From assembly GCA_010909165.1 (NCBI GenBank), contig MU008165.1:868001-932000 (forward strand): a DNA stretch of 64,000 nucleotides, read 5' to 3'. The position numbers and the translations under genes are program-made. Source of the stretch: Anthoceros angustus (Eukaryota; Plantae; Anthocerotophyta). Numbering within the stretch: the first letter of the stretch is position 1; each line of letters opens with the position of its first letter. Under the pieces are notes generated by a model. It worked only from the letters and a program-made list of their open reading frames with translations. It was not told where the DNA came from and did not search any database. Shown piece by piece: positions 12,879 through 26,803 of this stretch.

Positions 12879-13754
12879 GTAAGCAATTGCATTCATGTGA
12901 GCACTTCCTCAACGGACAACCAAGCAAAACAAGTCTAATATGCAAATACCAATTTGTAACACTAGGAGAGGTAGAGCTTGTGGTTTTCCACACTCTCCCA
13001 CGAGAACAACACGCAAATTCGGCACATGGCTCCTGAGTGATAGCTTTGGCCTCCTCACAACTCTCTTGCATTGCATATGTAGAGGACAAGTTATGATGTG
13101 AGCTTGTCCTGTGAAAGGGTCTATATAGATATACTAGGCCTTGGCATTGGCATATTCCTAAGATATCCTATTGGCATCAGCATATGCCGGAAATATCCAA
13201 AGAGTACACCATAATATGCAAGGAATATGCTAAAGCATATAACTTGTGTTTATCCACTTAGTTATTGCTAACCGTGTTTAATTAATGAATCGATGCTTAA
13301 TTAACATAACCACTTTATTAATTAATTACTAATTACTTAATGATAAGTCATTAGATTAATTAATGCTAGATATAAATGAATTTAACCACTTCATATTAAT
13401 TAATTAATACTAATAACTTACTTAATGATAGTCATTAGATTAATTAATGCTAGATATAAATGAATTTAACCACTTATATTAATTAATTAATACTAATTAC
13501 TTACTTAATGATAAGTCATTAGATTAATTAATGCTAGATATAAATGAATTTAACATAAATCAAGCACTATCTCTTTCTAAAATAGATGCCAATATACCAA
13601 TCGACACAGTAGTTGAAAATTTACCAATTTACTAGTTGCCAATATGAAGCCTGTAGTTTCTCATGGGGTATAAATGGGAGACTTAAATCGAACTCCCGAC
13701 TGAACTTCAAATCTTGTTATCCATTCTTCTTGCATGTAACTTTTCATAATTCTA

Positions 13755-14840
13755 TGATCTACGGTTGTTAAGGTTTGTTCAATGAAGATTGATGTTCTCC
13801 TTTACGGAGGGATGAGTTTATGCATGTATATTCCTATGTGTGCTAACTAATTCATTCTCTCTACTTGTTCTCTCTGAGTTTCCCTAGAGGGCACGAATTA
13901 CCCAAAGGCGAGACCTAAACCGAAAGATTTCCTCCGCCATGAACTTAAAAATCTCACATTCTTGCAAATATCTTTTAATAATCGTGATCTACTTTGGGTA
14001 TGTTCCATGAAGATTCATGTTCTCCTTTATAGAGGGATGGGTGTATGCATGTGTATTCCAAGCGTGTTAATTCATTCTTTCTACTTGTTCCCCTGGTTTC
14101 CTAGAGGGCACGTAAATTACCCAAAGGGTAAACCGAAAGATTTCCTCCGCACCATGAACTTAAAAATCTCACATTCTTGCAAATATCTTTTAATAATCGT
14201 GTGATCTACGGTTGTTAAGGTTTGTTCAATGAAGATTCATGTTCTCCTTTACGGAGGGATGAGTTTATGCATGTATATTCCTATGTGTGCTAACGAATTC
14301 ATTCTCTCTACTTGTTCTCTACAGGTTTCCCTAGAGGGCACGTAAATTACCCAAAGGGCGAGACCTAAACCGAAAGATTCCCTCCGCACCATGAACTTAA
14401 AAATCTCACATTCTTGCAAATATCTTTTAATAATCGTGTGATCTACGGTTGTTAAGGTATGTTCCATGAAGATTCATGTTCTCCTTTATAGAGGGATGGG
14501 TGTATGCATGTGTATTCCGGCGCGTGTTAACGAATTCATTCTTTCTACTTGTTCCCTACAGGTTTCCCTAGAGGGCACGTAAATTACCCAAAGGGCGAGA
14601 CCTAAACCGAAAGATTTCCTCCGCACCATGAACTTAAAAATCTCACATTCTTGCAAATATCTTTTAATAATCGTGTGATCTACTTGTTAAGGTTTGTTCA
14701 ATGAAGATTCATGTTCTCCTTTATAGAGGGATGAGTTTATGCATGTATGTTCCTATGTGCTAACGAATTCATTCTCTCTACTTGTTCCTGCAGTTTCCCT
14801 AGAGGCACGTAAATTACCCAAAGGCGGACCTAAACCGAAG
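13755..14840 (+). repeat. ~230-bp modules x5, unit 4
   Basis: A-B-A-B-A; example intron 14457-14561, GTATGT...GTTAAC...CCCTACAG. Confidence 0.9.
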
Positions 14841-14870
14841 AAATACTCCTATTTATCAATCTTTAAAATT

Positions 14871-15683
14871 ATGGAGTCCACAATGAAATTGAAGTGAGAA
14901 TGTTTGAAGAAAGATACATATGTGGAAAATGTATCGGTGAAGGAGGTTTTTCCAAAGTCTATGAATGCTATGACAAATATACGGAAAGATATTTGCCTGC
15001 AAAATTATGAAAAATCTAAAGACATAAATGATGCAATATGTAGAGAGATCAACACTCTTGATCTCTTCCAAAATATTCTCATATTATTAACACAAAAGTG
15101 TTCATGAGGATATTGAACATATTTATATTGTGATGGAGCTATGTACCAATGGTACACTAAAGGATGAACTAAAAAAGGGGAGCTTATTGTGAAGAGGATG
15201 CAAAAATACTTATGTTTAACCTAATGGAGGCAATCAATTTTGCCATGCATAATGTTATGCATCGCGATTTGAAACCGCTAATATACTATTACTTAGCCGT
15301 CTCAAAGTCATACTAGCAGACTTTGGTTTGTGCTCCATGTCTCCAAACGAACATGAATTATTATGCAGGAGTCAGGAACCCCATGTTACATGGCTCGGAG
15401 GTATTGGAGTCAAGACGATGTAAACATAAGCTATACTTCAAAAGCCGATATTTGGAGCGCAGAGTCATTTTGTATGAAGTTTTAACCGAAATCGTCCTTA
15501 TATAGGATATGAGTTCGACGTAAAAAGAAGAATGGATAACTCAATTGGACCTAGATGAGTGGCCCAACATGTCACACGAAGTGAAAGATCTACTACACTC
15601 AATGTTACATTTAGAACAAGAGTGTAGACCTGGACAAGAAAGTTCTAAACCATTCTTGGTTTTGCTCGCTATCTTATATATGA
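14871..15683 (+). CDS. Ser/Thr protein kinase domain, unit 4
   Basis: Near-identical copy of the kinase exon. Confidence 0.9.
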
Positions 15684-16056
15684 AAGATAGTAATTTTATT
15701 ATATAAGAACTTTTATTTGTATTATATATTTTAATATAATGATTTTTATTTTAACTTTATTCATAATTTCATTAAACCACTCTTGATTACCTCTTTCTTG
15801 TGGAAAGTCTTCAAGCCATGCAAGCGTATGAAATTGATGTAGTGAAGCTAAGATTGGAGTATATCGCTATGTGTTTAGCTGAGTGCTTTTGGTCATTGTC
15901 ATAGCATGGCATAATAGCATCGGGACAATTTCTTCTTCTATAGCTACGCATATTATAGTTACTAAATCGCATGTTAGAATCTTGACGGGTTCGCAAACCC
16001 CGCGGCTCTCAACGTGCTTTGGGACGACCACACCAAGGGTGTGCGAATGTTTTGAA

Positions 16057-17040
16057 TCATGAGCCGAGCAAGGCGAACGTGGCCTCGAGGCGGAGTGTGA
16101 AGATGGCGGCGAGAAGGAAAATTGGCATTTAGGGCTGGAAACGGCTATTGTTGAAGTCCCACCTTGCAGCGCCGTCCACAGGAGAGAACTCCTAGCCTGC
16201 AGGGCAATGGACACCCGTTGCCTGAAAGAAGCCATCACACAAGAAAAGGGGGCGGCTGTGGTAGGCTTTAGCACAGGCCTTGATGAACCTGGAGAAATCC
16301 TTGCCCATGGCCCCGTGAGTCTCGATGGCAAGGGGGATGAAGGCGTGGCCTTTCTTCCATGGGCGAGTACTTGTGAACGCTTGTTGTCGCATCTCTCCGC
16401 CACCCAACCCGGAGGGTTGATGATGGCGTGCTTTGCGGTGTCCCGCAAGGTCCGTACGGCCACATCCACAACGGAAACCGGTCCCCCTCGGTGCCGAGAA
16501 CATGGCGTCGGACGGCGTGATGCGTGTGATGCGCCCGCCGGAGAGCGAGGGCTACGGCAGTCTAAAGAGAGCGAGCCAAAGGTTGGACCAAACCCAAAGT
16601 GAACCTCATCGTAGAAAAGAAGCCGGTGCGACTAAATACCTTGATGCAAGGTCGGGCTAGAAGCCATGAACCTGCTCCCTTTCCCGAGCAAGAGCGGAGG
16701 CGAGCTCGAGTTGGTCAAGGAATGGAGGAATCCAGGAGCAGAGCCAGCTGCGTGCCCATACTGCTTCTCATGGAGGGAGGCCAGAAGCCCACGCAGCCCG
16801 TCCGCAGAGAACGAGGACGAATGCGGCATGACCGCCCTAGCCTCAGAGGATAGGACACCCCTAGCCAATCTTAAGGACAAGCATGCAAGGGGAAGGCGCC
16901 CTCCTCGACGCCCGAGACGAAGGCCTTCAAGATGCGGTAATCCTCAGGGGATTAGGAAATGAGAGGCCTAGATGCGGGTTGAGAGGACCAAGCTCAAGCG
17001 TCGTGCCGGATGCCGGCGCTCTAAGGGCCGCTCTTCGAGG
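16057..17040 (-). mobile_element. CRE-like RLE fragment, unit 4
   Basis: ORF 16192-16503 has GHAFIPLAIETHGAMGKDFSRFIK. Confidence 0.78.
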
Positions 17041-17942
17041 TAAGCAATTGCATTCATGTGAGCACTTCCTCAACGGACAACCAAGCAAAACAAGTCTAAT
17101 ATGCAAATACCAATTTGTAACACTGGAGAGAGTAGCTTGCACGTTGTGGTTTTCCTCCCACACTCCCCACGAGAACAACACGCAAATGGCGCACATGGCT
17201 CGGAGTGATAGCTTTGGCCTCCTCACAACTCTCTTGCATTGCATATGTAGAGGACAAGGACAAGTTATGATGTGAGCTTGTCCTTTGTGAAAGGGTCTAT
17301 ATAGATATACTAGGCCTTGGCATTGGCATATTCCTAAGATATCCTATTGGCATCGGCATCGGAAATATCCAAAGAATACACCATAATATGCAAGGAATAT
17401 GCTAAAGCATATAACTTGTGTTTATCCACTTAGTTATTGCTAACCGTGTTTAATTAATGTCGATGCTTAATTAACATAACCACTATTAATTAATTAATAC
17501 TAATTACTTAATGATAAGTCATTAGATTAATTAATGCTAGATATAAATGAATTTAACCACTTATATTAATTAATTAATACTAATAACTTACTTAATGATA
17601 GGTCATTAGATTAATTAATGCTAGATATAAATGAATTTAACCACTTCATTAATTAATTAATACTAATTACTTACTTAATGATAAGTCATTAGATTAATTA
17701 ATGCTAGATATAAATGAATTTAACATAAATCAGCAGCACTATCTCTTTCTAAAATAGATGCCAATATACCAATCGACACACAGCCGTTGAAAATTTACCA
17801 ATTTACTAGTTGCCAATATGAAGCCTGGTAGTTTCTCATGGGGTATAAATGGGCGAGACTTAAATCGAAACTGCTGCTCCGGACTCTGAACTTCGAAATC
17901 TTGTTATCCATTCTTCTTGCATGTAACTTTTCATAATTCTAT

Positions 17943-18416
17943 GATCTACGGTTGTTAAGGTTTGTTCAATGAAGATTGATGTTCTCCTTTACGGAGGATG
18001 AGTTTATGCATGTATATTCCTATGTGTGTGCAACGAATTCATTCTCTACTTGTTCTCTCTGAGTTTCTAGAGACGTAAATTACCCAAAGGCGAGACCTAA
18101 ACCGAAAGATTTCCTCCGCATGAACTTAAAAATCTCACATTCTTGCAAATATCTTTTAATAATCGTGTGATCTACGGTTGTTAAGGTATGTTCCATGAAG
18201 ATTCATGTTCTCCTTTATAGAGGGATGGGTGTATGCATGTGTATTCCTGCGTTAACGAATTCATTCTTTCTACTTGTTCCCTCAGTTTCCTAGAGGGCAC
18301 GTAAATTACCCAAAGGGCGAGACCTAAACCGAAAGATTTCCTCCGCACCATGAACTTAAAAATCTCACATTCTTGCAAATATCTTTTAATAATCGTGTGA
18401 TCTACGGTTGTTAAGG
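17943..18416 (+). repeat. ~230-bp modules x2, unit 5 (cut by insertion)
   Basis: Ends at TTAAGG|TGTGGAAC. Confidence 0.9.
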
Positions 18417-20340
18417 TGTGGAACGAAGCATTTTGGTCACCCCAGACACGGCAGGGGAGACTGACGCGTAGATTGGGTAGTAGTTGTTCAGGCAGGTAGG
18501 TAGTAGGTAGGTCGATAGAAAGGTAGGAAGATGGTAGGACGTCCGAGGGGAGTTCGGGACTTAACTGAGTCGGCGTACCCGTAGGAGGTTCGATCCGGTA
18601 GGAAGTATGGGTAGATAGAAGCATATATAGGCATGATAGGCTCCAGAAAGTTCCTTGGACCATGGGAAGTAGGAATATTTGGGGATAAGAAGTTCCTTGG
18701 CCTTCGAATTATTTAGATTCCGCTTGGCTATATATGCCAAAAAGGGCTAGTTAAGTTGTAGATAGAAAATAGCTACAGGAGTTTTGAACCGGACACGTGG
18801 CAGCCATCAGGGAGGAGCACCATTAAGGCAGATTTGCATGTACCGCAAACTCGCTGTGGTTTTGAACGGGCGCCAGCGGCCCGCAGCGGGCGCCGAGGGA
18901 GTAAGTGGAGTTGCGTCAAGGAGGAAGGCAGAAGGAGCGGCGCCTTCGGGCCGACAGCGCGCGCAGTCGGAGGGAGCGCGAACTCAAGGCGGAGGGCGCA
19001 AGCGAGGAGCCGAGCGATAAGGAGCAGCGGCTGAGGGCGGCTGACCGAGCTCACTGGGCGTGAGCGCAGGAGAAACGCTGGAGAGGAGTTCTGAGGGGTT
19101 CGCACGGCGCGGCGAGTGAAGGTGCTCGAGCGAGGAGCAATTGTTGGAGAGGCGCTGGCGGGAAGAGCCGCCAGCGTGAGATCAAGTGGTAGCGAAACTG
19201 GAGGGAGATTGAAGGAGCCGAGGCCACCTCTTGGCGGTGGTGTGAGGCGACCTGAGGAGCAAAGTCTTCCTTGCGTTATCTCACCCAAACCACCACTTTT
19301 GTTTCACTACTCTCTTAGCCTGATAGATTACTCCAATCTCTCCAATTTTGCTATCCTTGTGTGTGCTGTGCGCAAGATGGTGAAGGTAGTAAGGACAGGA
19401 ACGGGGTACTCACGGGAGGAAACCTCCGCCACACCCACAAGGGAAAAGGTAAGAAACACCCAATTCCCCGAGTTCGAGTGTAGGCCGCCCAAATTTCACC
19501 TCGAGATTTGATGCGCCAGCTACGCTACCGAGATGAAGATGGAATGGTCATTTGGTACTGGCACTTTAGCAGCCCCGCCTTTGGTTCGGGGAGTGTGCGC
19601 GATTTAATGAGAGTGACCAAGGCGGACGGCCAATTTCCGGAGGATGCATAAATCAAGTCATCCCGGGATGTGGAAGGTACGGCATTTCCGTGGATACGAT
19701 TTGATACCAAGCCCACAAGGGAGGGATCATTCAGCTCAGCCTCCAAGAATCGATCCCTGAGGAGGTTATGAGCATGTTCTACGACCAAAGGAGGAAGTAT
19801 GGTCGCAAGGCAATGGTCGGAGGATCTCTTTGTTCAAGGAGCGGAGAAGTGGAATTTATTCGCCAAGATATGGCTGGGACCAACGCAGGAAGACGACTGG
19901 AAATTCCCATTTAATGATGATGTATGAGATGTCTGGAAGTTGGTGGATTGGGCCACCATTCAGTATGAACAAAGCGTTGCGCATCGAACCATTTGGTGAT
20001 GGAGGGAGCAGAATCGCTTTTGTCTCTACCTACCTCAGACACCTATATCAGGGAGGAGGTTCTTACACCGAGACTGGAAGAAGCCAAGATAGAAGCTACT
20101 CTGCAGGGCGGAGGGGAGCCATCTGCCCAGAGGATGAAGAGATGAGGCCCCGGCAAGAGACCGCCACGCCCGCGAACCAACATGAGGCCTCGTGATCGTG
20201 AACCCAACAAGAGAAAGGGAAAAAGGCTATAGAAGCACTCTCCACGGAGGAAGGAGGAAAGGATACGAGACCACCTACCAGCCGGGTTGAGGATTGGTAG
20301 GCCGACAACACCAAAGGGTAGGGAGGAACCCCTACCAGAG

Positions 20341-20594
20341 TGAAGGATCGTGGGGCAACCATGTCGGTGGAAGGAGGAGAGGAGAGGAGGAGGCAAGAGT
20401 AGCTCTCTCACATTGAGATGAGGCTTGAGGGTATTTATACCTCCAATAGGCTCCTAGGAAGCTCCACAAGAAGCTCCTAGAAGGAGCACAAGAAGCTTCC
20501 TAGTGATTAGCTTAAGCTAAACTAATGATACTTAATCGACACCTAACTTAGACTAAGTGTATTAGTCTAAGTATTGGGCTTTAATACCCTTACA
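20341..20594 (-). repeat. Copia 3' LTR
   Basis: Direct repeat of 25121-25360; adjacent to the PPT. Confidence 0.93.
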
Positions 20595-20633
20595 ACCTCC
20601 CACTTAAAGGCCAATTTACCTTAGGAGAATGGA

Positions 20634-23600
20634 CTATCTCATGCCCATCGTTGTCCGAGCTTGTGCAAATTGCTGTAGAGAGTCCCTTGGTAAGAATATC
20701 TAGGTTCGCCGGTGAACCTTGACAAGTTGTACCCTCTTGTCGTCCAACACCTCTCGAATGAAGTGATACTTCACATCCACATGTTTAGTCTTCGCATGAA
20801 ACACTGGATTCTTTGCCAATTGATAGCACTCTATCACAATGCAACACGCTCAACCTTGATCCCCAAGTCTCCCACTAAACGAGCAAGCCATATGGCTTCC
20901 TTGCAAGCCTCGCTGCAACATACTGGCCTCCGTGGTAGATAGCGAATGCACGATCGCAAACGAGATCGCCATGAGATCGCCTCCAAAGGCACGTGAAGAC
21001 ATAACTCGATGTGGACCTCTTTGTCCATATCCTCGTGATAATCGATCTGTACCCAACCACACATGCATCTTCACTACCAAAACATATGCACAAAGCTTTT
21101 GTACCATTCGATACCTCATAACTTTTTATCGCCTCCCAATGCTTCTTGCCGGTTTGACATAAACTCGCTAACCACTCCCACCGCAAAGGCAATGTCGACG
21201 TAGCAATCATTGCATACATCAAACTCCCTACATGATGAGTATGGGACCTTCTCCATTTCTTTGTCCTCCTCGTAGCTTGGGCAATCCGCTTGAAAGTTTC
21301 ACATATGGAGGCAATGGAGTACCCAATGGCTTCCCTTCTCCATGTTGAAACGTTGAAGCACCTCGTTAATGTATTCCGTCGAGACAAATAAAGCACGCTA
21401 TGTCTGCTCCGAAATACGCATGCCAAGTATATGGCTCGCCTCCCAAGTCTGCTATTTCAAAGTGAGCATTCAACTTTGACTTCAACAAATCTCATCAAGA
21501 TCGCTCCAAAGAATTAGCATATCATCCACATAGAGGATCAAAATGAGCAAGCTTTGATCCTTAGCTTTTTCAGATAGAGGCAATGATCCTCATCGCCACG
21601 CTTGTAGCCTTGAGAAAGCATAAATGAGTGGAACTTGTGATACCACCGGTGCCTGCTTCAAACCATAAAGGCTCTTCCTCAACCCGCACACCGATGCTCT
21701 TGCCCTTCTCAACAAAACCTTCCGTTGCATGTAGACGCCCTCTTGAAGGTCACCATGCAAGAATGCCGCCTTGACATCCATCCGCATAAGTTCCATATCA
21801 TCCTCGCAACCAAAGCAAGAACACATCGCAGTTGTCATTTTGACTCATCGGTGAGAAAATCTCATCAAAGTCAATGCCGTTGTTGCTTGAAACCCTTAGC
21901 AACAACATCGGGCCTTGTACTTTTTTGCCATCAAGCGGTATGACCTTCATCTTGTACACCCATTTGCACCAGAGTGCCTTCTTATCCTTAGGCAACGAAC
22001 CAACTCCCAAGTTTGGTTCTTTAATTCATTGCATGGCCTTCTCCCACTTGTTGCCGACATGAGCCTCTTTGTAAGAAGAGGGTTCCCACAACTCCGCAAG
22101 ATAACATAATCCAGATGGATCATACCGCCGAGGTCGTGTAATCCCGCCTCGACCTACGCACCTCTATAGGAGCTTGTTCGACTCTTGGTTCATCTCTTGG
22201 AGGAATGTGCTCGCACCACTATCAACTGCGATGATCATGTCCATCTTCTTGGAAGATCACCCTTCGCACCTCCACTTGGAGTAGGCTTCTGCATCTTGTT
22301 CTCATTGAAGAACACGTTAGTACGAACAACCTTTCTAGCCTCGGATCCCACAAACGGTATCCCATCTCACCAGAATCACCATAGCCAAGAAAAATACATT
22401 CTTGGACTTAGGTGCCAACTTGTCCCGAAACTCTTTTGGAACATGGCAAGATGCCTCATACCAAACACTCGCAGATGCTTGTAGGATGGTTTCTTTCCGA
22501 CCATAGCTCCTCCGAACTCGCTCATCAATTCCTTATTAGGAGATCTCATAATAAGATGAACTGAGACACCGCTCGCCCAAAACCCATTAGGCAATCCGAG
22601 TTTGACAACAAACCACGATCCTCTCCGAATGGTTCTGCTCATCCGCTCACCACACCATTTTGTGGAGGAGATACGCATAATTCTCTTTTGATTCCTTGGA
22701 ATCACGAATGACCGAAAGCTGAAACATACTCGCCACCATTATCTCTTAGACACTTCAATCGGTGGCGACCGATTCTCTAAGGGTGACAAATTTAAAAACA
22801 CCGTAACTTCATCCTTTTCCTCAAAGGATAAACCCACACCTTGCGAGAAATCATCTATGAAAGTGACAAAATAAGAGGCACCGCCTAATGATGCAGAGGC
22901 ATAGGTCCACATACATCAGTGAACCAACTCAAGAGGTTTACTTCTACTTTTACCTCGTGTTCGATGTGATGATTTTGTCTGCTTCCCATATAAACAAAGT
23001 GCTCACATCGAGAGATCGAGAAGTTAAGAACAGGATATAACCGTAACGAGATAAAACCTTCATTCCCTTCTCGAGACATATGTCCTAACCGCAATGCCAC
23101 AAGGAAACATTTGGCTGCTCACCACATGATCACATGATCTTTGATGTGTTTACTCAAGTGAGTACAAAGTGCCACACTCGATCCACGAGCTAACACAAGA
23201 GAACCTTTGGAGATCTTCCAAGAGTGATCCCCAAAACCAGAAGTGGTAAGATCATCCAACCGTCTCGCGCTAATCATGCTCTTTGTCAACTTCGAACATG
23301 CCTAACGCCCTTCAAAGATGAATGAAGATCCGTTGTCAAACTTGAGTTGCACATCACCTACGCCCGCGATCCGCATGCATAGTTATTTCCAAGCCTAACG
23401 CATCCTTTCCTTGTAGCATCATACGTGTTAAACCACTCTCTATGCGGAGTAACATGGAAAGATGCACCGAGTCAATTATCCAATTGCGTAATAAATGACT
23501 ATCCACTCCGTTAATTGTGCAAGATTCAAGTAAGAAGAGATAAGGACATCTCCCCTCAATGTAGTTTAACTCTTCCAACTCGATGCATTTAAGTCGCCTT

Positions 23601-24328
23601 GTCCGCTTCTTCTTTCCTTGGTCCTTTTGAACTTCTCTCTTTTGAAGTGACCCTTTGTGACAATAGTGACACTCCACATTCTTGTTACGACTACGAGATT
23701 TGCTACGAGAAAAGCTTCGTTGCTTCCCTTCGCAGGGACCTCCCTCTCACTATGAGGGCACCGGAACCTTTGGAAGGTTCCATGTTTTTCCTGCTCACCT
23801 CGCCAATGTGCTACCTTCTACATTTACAATGGTAAGACCACTAGTAATTACTCGAGTCGCATTTAAAGGTATCCCAACCTCCGTAATGTGACCAATGAAA
23901 CATAGCTCTCACTAACTGGGAACGTGATACCTTGAGATGAGAGTCGGCTGAAAATGGTATTGAAATCATTCGAATGATCGGACATCCTCGTCCCTTCCTT
24001 CATCTTCAAGTCCACCACCGTTTCAACCAATACACCGAGAAGCCGCACTTTGCTTCTCATACAGTCACATACCGCCACATCCGTAACTCGTGGTCTTATC
24101 TTTCACATTGAAGTACACTGTTTTTGACAATGTTAGCATGATAGTAGATCTAGCAAGCTCATCCAGTCCCGCCACTCATCCCGAGTCATACTATCCGGTT
24201 TGACGCCTAACAACTTTATGGGCTTGATCTTCGCACTAGAACATTATACACTTGTTCTTTCCGTAACGGAAGTTAGTACCATCTAACTTCTCGATATTGA
24301 ACATGACGCTCGACGATGAAGACATCAT
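20634..24328 (-). CDS. Copia gag-pol polyprotein (frameshifted as assembled)
   Basis: IEKLDGTNF gag start, CHYCHK knuckle, WIIDS protease, DVCGP integrase, MDVKAAFLHG and LYVDDML RT, KHVDVKYHFIRE RNase H end. Confidence 0.92.
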
Positions 24329-25120
24329 GACTCAAAAATCGATACAGATTAAACACTCAACTCGCCTTGTTAGAAAAGTCAAAGAAGAAAGCGCCACCGA
24401 GGCCCGTATTTTGCCGCTGACTATTCCACCGAGTAATCCGCCAATCGCTCGGCGAATTTTCGCCACCGCCCCGCTTGCACTCCGCGGCTGCCGCAGCCGC
24501 ACTCCCCGCCGCCGCCAGCACGCCCGCGCGCCGCGGCCAACGCGCCGCGCGCGCACACGCCGGCACCGCCACGCCGCCCGCGCCGGCCAGCTGCCCGGCC
24601 GCCTCAAGGCCGGCTCGCGCCGGGCCAAGGCCCGGCTGGCGCCGCTGGGCTCTGCGCTGGCGCCGGCGCGCGCCTGCGCCGGGGCGCTGGCCCCTGGCGG
24701 CCGGCCGCGGCGCGCGGCCAAGGCTGCGGGCGGGCGCTGGGCGCTGCGGCCGGCCGGGCGCTCGCCTGCGGCTCGGCGCTCGCCAAGGCCTGGCGCGCGC
24801 CTGGGCGGCCGGGGCGGCTGCGGGGCTCGGCGCGCGGGGGGCGCCTGGCGGCGCGGGGGGCTCAAGGCCGCGCCCGCGCTGGCGCCAAGGCTCGCCGGCC
24901 GGCCGCGCCAAGGCTGGCACGCCCGCGGCTCGCTGCTGCCTCGCGCCGCGGCCGCGCTGCCGCCCGCGGCCGCCTGCCGACGGCCTCCGCCTGCGCCGCC
25001 GCGCCAAGGTCGCGCTTTGCCTCCACGGCTCATCCGCCGCTCCGCGGGCGCTCGCAGCCGCGATCCGATCACCTGCATTTTAGCATCACAACACACACCA
25101 AACCATGGCTCGATACCGCT

Positions 25121-25360
25121 TGAAGGATCGGCCATGCCGGGTGGAAAGAGGAGAGGAGAGGAGGAGGCAAGAGTAGCTCTCTCACATTGAGATGAGGCTT
25201 GAGGGTATTTATACCTCCAATAGCTCTAGGAAGCTCCACAAGAAGCTCCTAGGAAGGAGCACAAGAAGCTTCCTAGTGATTAGCTTAAGCTAAGCTAATG
25301 ATACTTAATCGACACCTAACTTAGACTAAGTGTATTAGTCTAAGTATATTGGGCTTTACA
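25121..25360 (-). repeat. Copia 5' LTR
   Basis: Direct repeat; adjacent to the PBS. Confidence 0.9.
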
Positions 25361-26803
25361 CACCTGCTGTGTAGGACCTGTGAAGACGGAGGACCCACGG
25401 CAAGAGCTTTACTCCTACCAAAGAAGTAGTAACTTGTTAGCCCAATGGAGGCAGTGACGAGAAGAACGCCGAGGAACGCAGTGACCTACGACAGGAGGAG
25501 CAAGAGGAAGTGTTCTGAGAATGGCATCCTACAGGGTAGTTGCCGAGTCAAGGAAGTGGGCGCAGGATCTATGGACGCCCTAGTGGACCGTGGTCAGAGG
25601 TGGCCAAGTTCGGCCGAACTTCGAGACCTACCAAAGGAGCCGGAGGATGCCGAGAAGAAATTGAGAGGAGCTCAAAACCACCTCCGAGAAGCAACACTGC
25701 TAGATCCGCCAAAGAGCGACAGATGACCACCAAGTTGGTGAATGTGGGAAATGATTGACTGTGTCTTAGGACAGAGGCAAAATCAGCCAAGAGGGCCGAG
25801 GAGTTGGAAACCGCCAGAAGGAGGCAAGGAAAGTTGGAAGCTACCCAGCAAGGGTAGGACACATCGAACGCAGCAAGGAGGAGGCAAAGATTCATACTAG
25901 CAAGGCCTGACCTTGAAGACGAGAAGGACCTCCTACGAAGAAGTTAGTTGCCATGGAGCAACGGAAGGAGCATTACAAGGAAAATACGGCGCCTTGGTGA
26001 AGGAACGAAGGATGGGACAATGTGACTAAGGGTCACAAAGAGGAGCTCAGACACGAGAGAACTTTTGGAGCAAAGAACGAAGAAGGCCGACGACCTTACC
26101 CACGCCTTATGAAACGGAGGCAAGGAACCGCCGAAGGAGGTTTTGATGGCCCAACGATCTTTGGAGGGTCTTCGTCATTCGAGGGAGGCGGGCGGCGGCC
26201 ACGCCATAGTGAAAGCATGGCGATGGAAGCCATGGAGAAAGATAAGGAGATTGGGAGGCTTGCCACAGGTTGGAGGAGGCGGTAGTGGAGAAAGAGGCCG
26301 CATTGGTAGGAGTGACAAATCGGGCCGGGTGGGGCAGTCGTCATCCCACTAAGGGTCCGCATCATGGACGCACAAAGAAGGAGAGTGGTAGGGTGGCGAC
26401 CTACTACAACAACCTCCTAAGCGATTGAGGCGCTACGGTGAGGAAGAGGCGAAAGCAGACCTCACTTGTTACGCCAAGTGGAATGGCAACCACGGAGGTG
26501 AAACTTTGAGTTGGTACAAGGAAAGCGGTGGGTGGACATAGCCGAACGAGCGAGTCAAGAAGCACCTCTGGCGACGCCTGGGAACCTCCAGGGGCAGTGG
26601 AGCTATCAAGCGGGGAGGAAGAGGCGATGGTAGGATGGTACCTACCAAAGTTCCTACTCGGTAGGAGGCGGAAGAGGAGGAGGTGACCGGAAGGAAGGGT
26701 ACCTCCGGTCTCAACCAGTGTGAGGAAGGTACCCCATAGCAAGATCGAAGCAGGAGGTAGGAGGCACCGCCTACCAAGAAGGCGAGGAGTGGGGAGGAAC
26801 CTC

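Larger units (their letters stand above)
20341..25360 (-). mobile_element. Ty1/Copia LTR retrotransposon, full length
   Basis: LTRs 20341-20594 and 25121-25360 (TG...CA). tRNA-iMet-like PBS at ~25107-25118 (rc CGGTATCGAGCC). PPT at 20595-20605 (rc AAGTGGGAGGT). Order gag-INT-RT-RH. Confidence 0.95.

Noticed and set aside
24297-25190. Long Ala/Arg/Pro-rich ORFs (also 50731-51364 and 54406-55019)
   Set aside because: Stop-poor GC-rich repeats that are open in several frames.
20336-25365. Copia target-site duplication
   Set aside because: The flanks (CAGAG versus CACCT) do not match, and the right LTR end looks miscalled or deleted.
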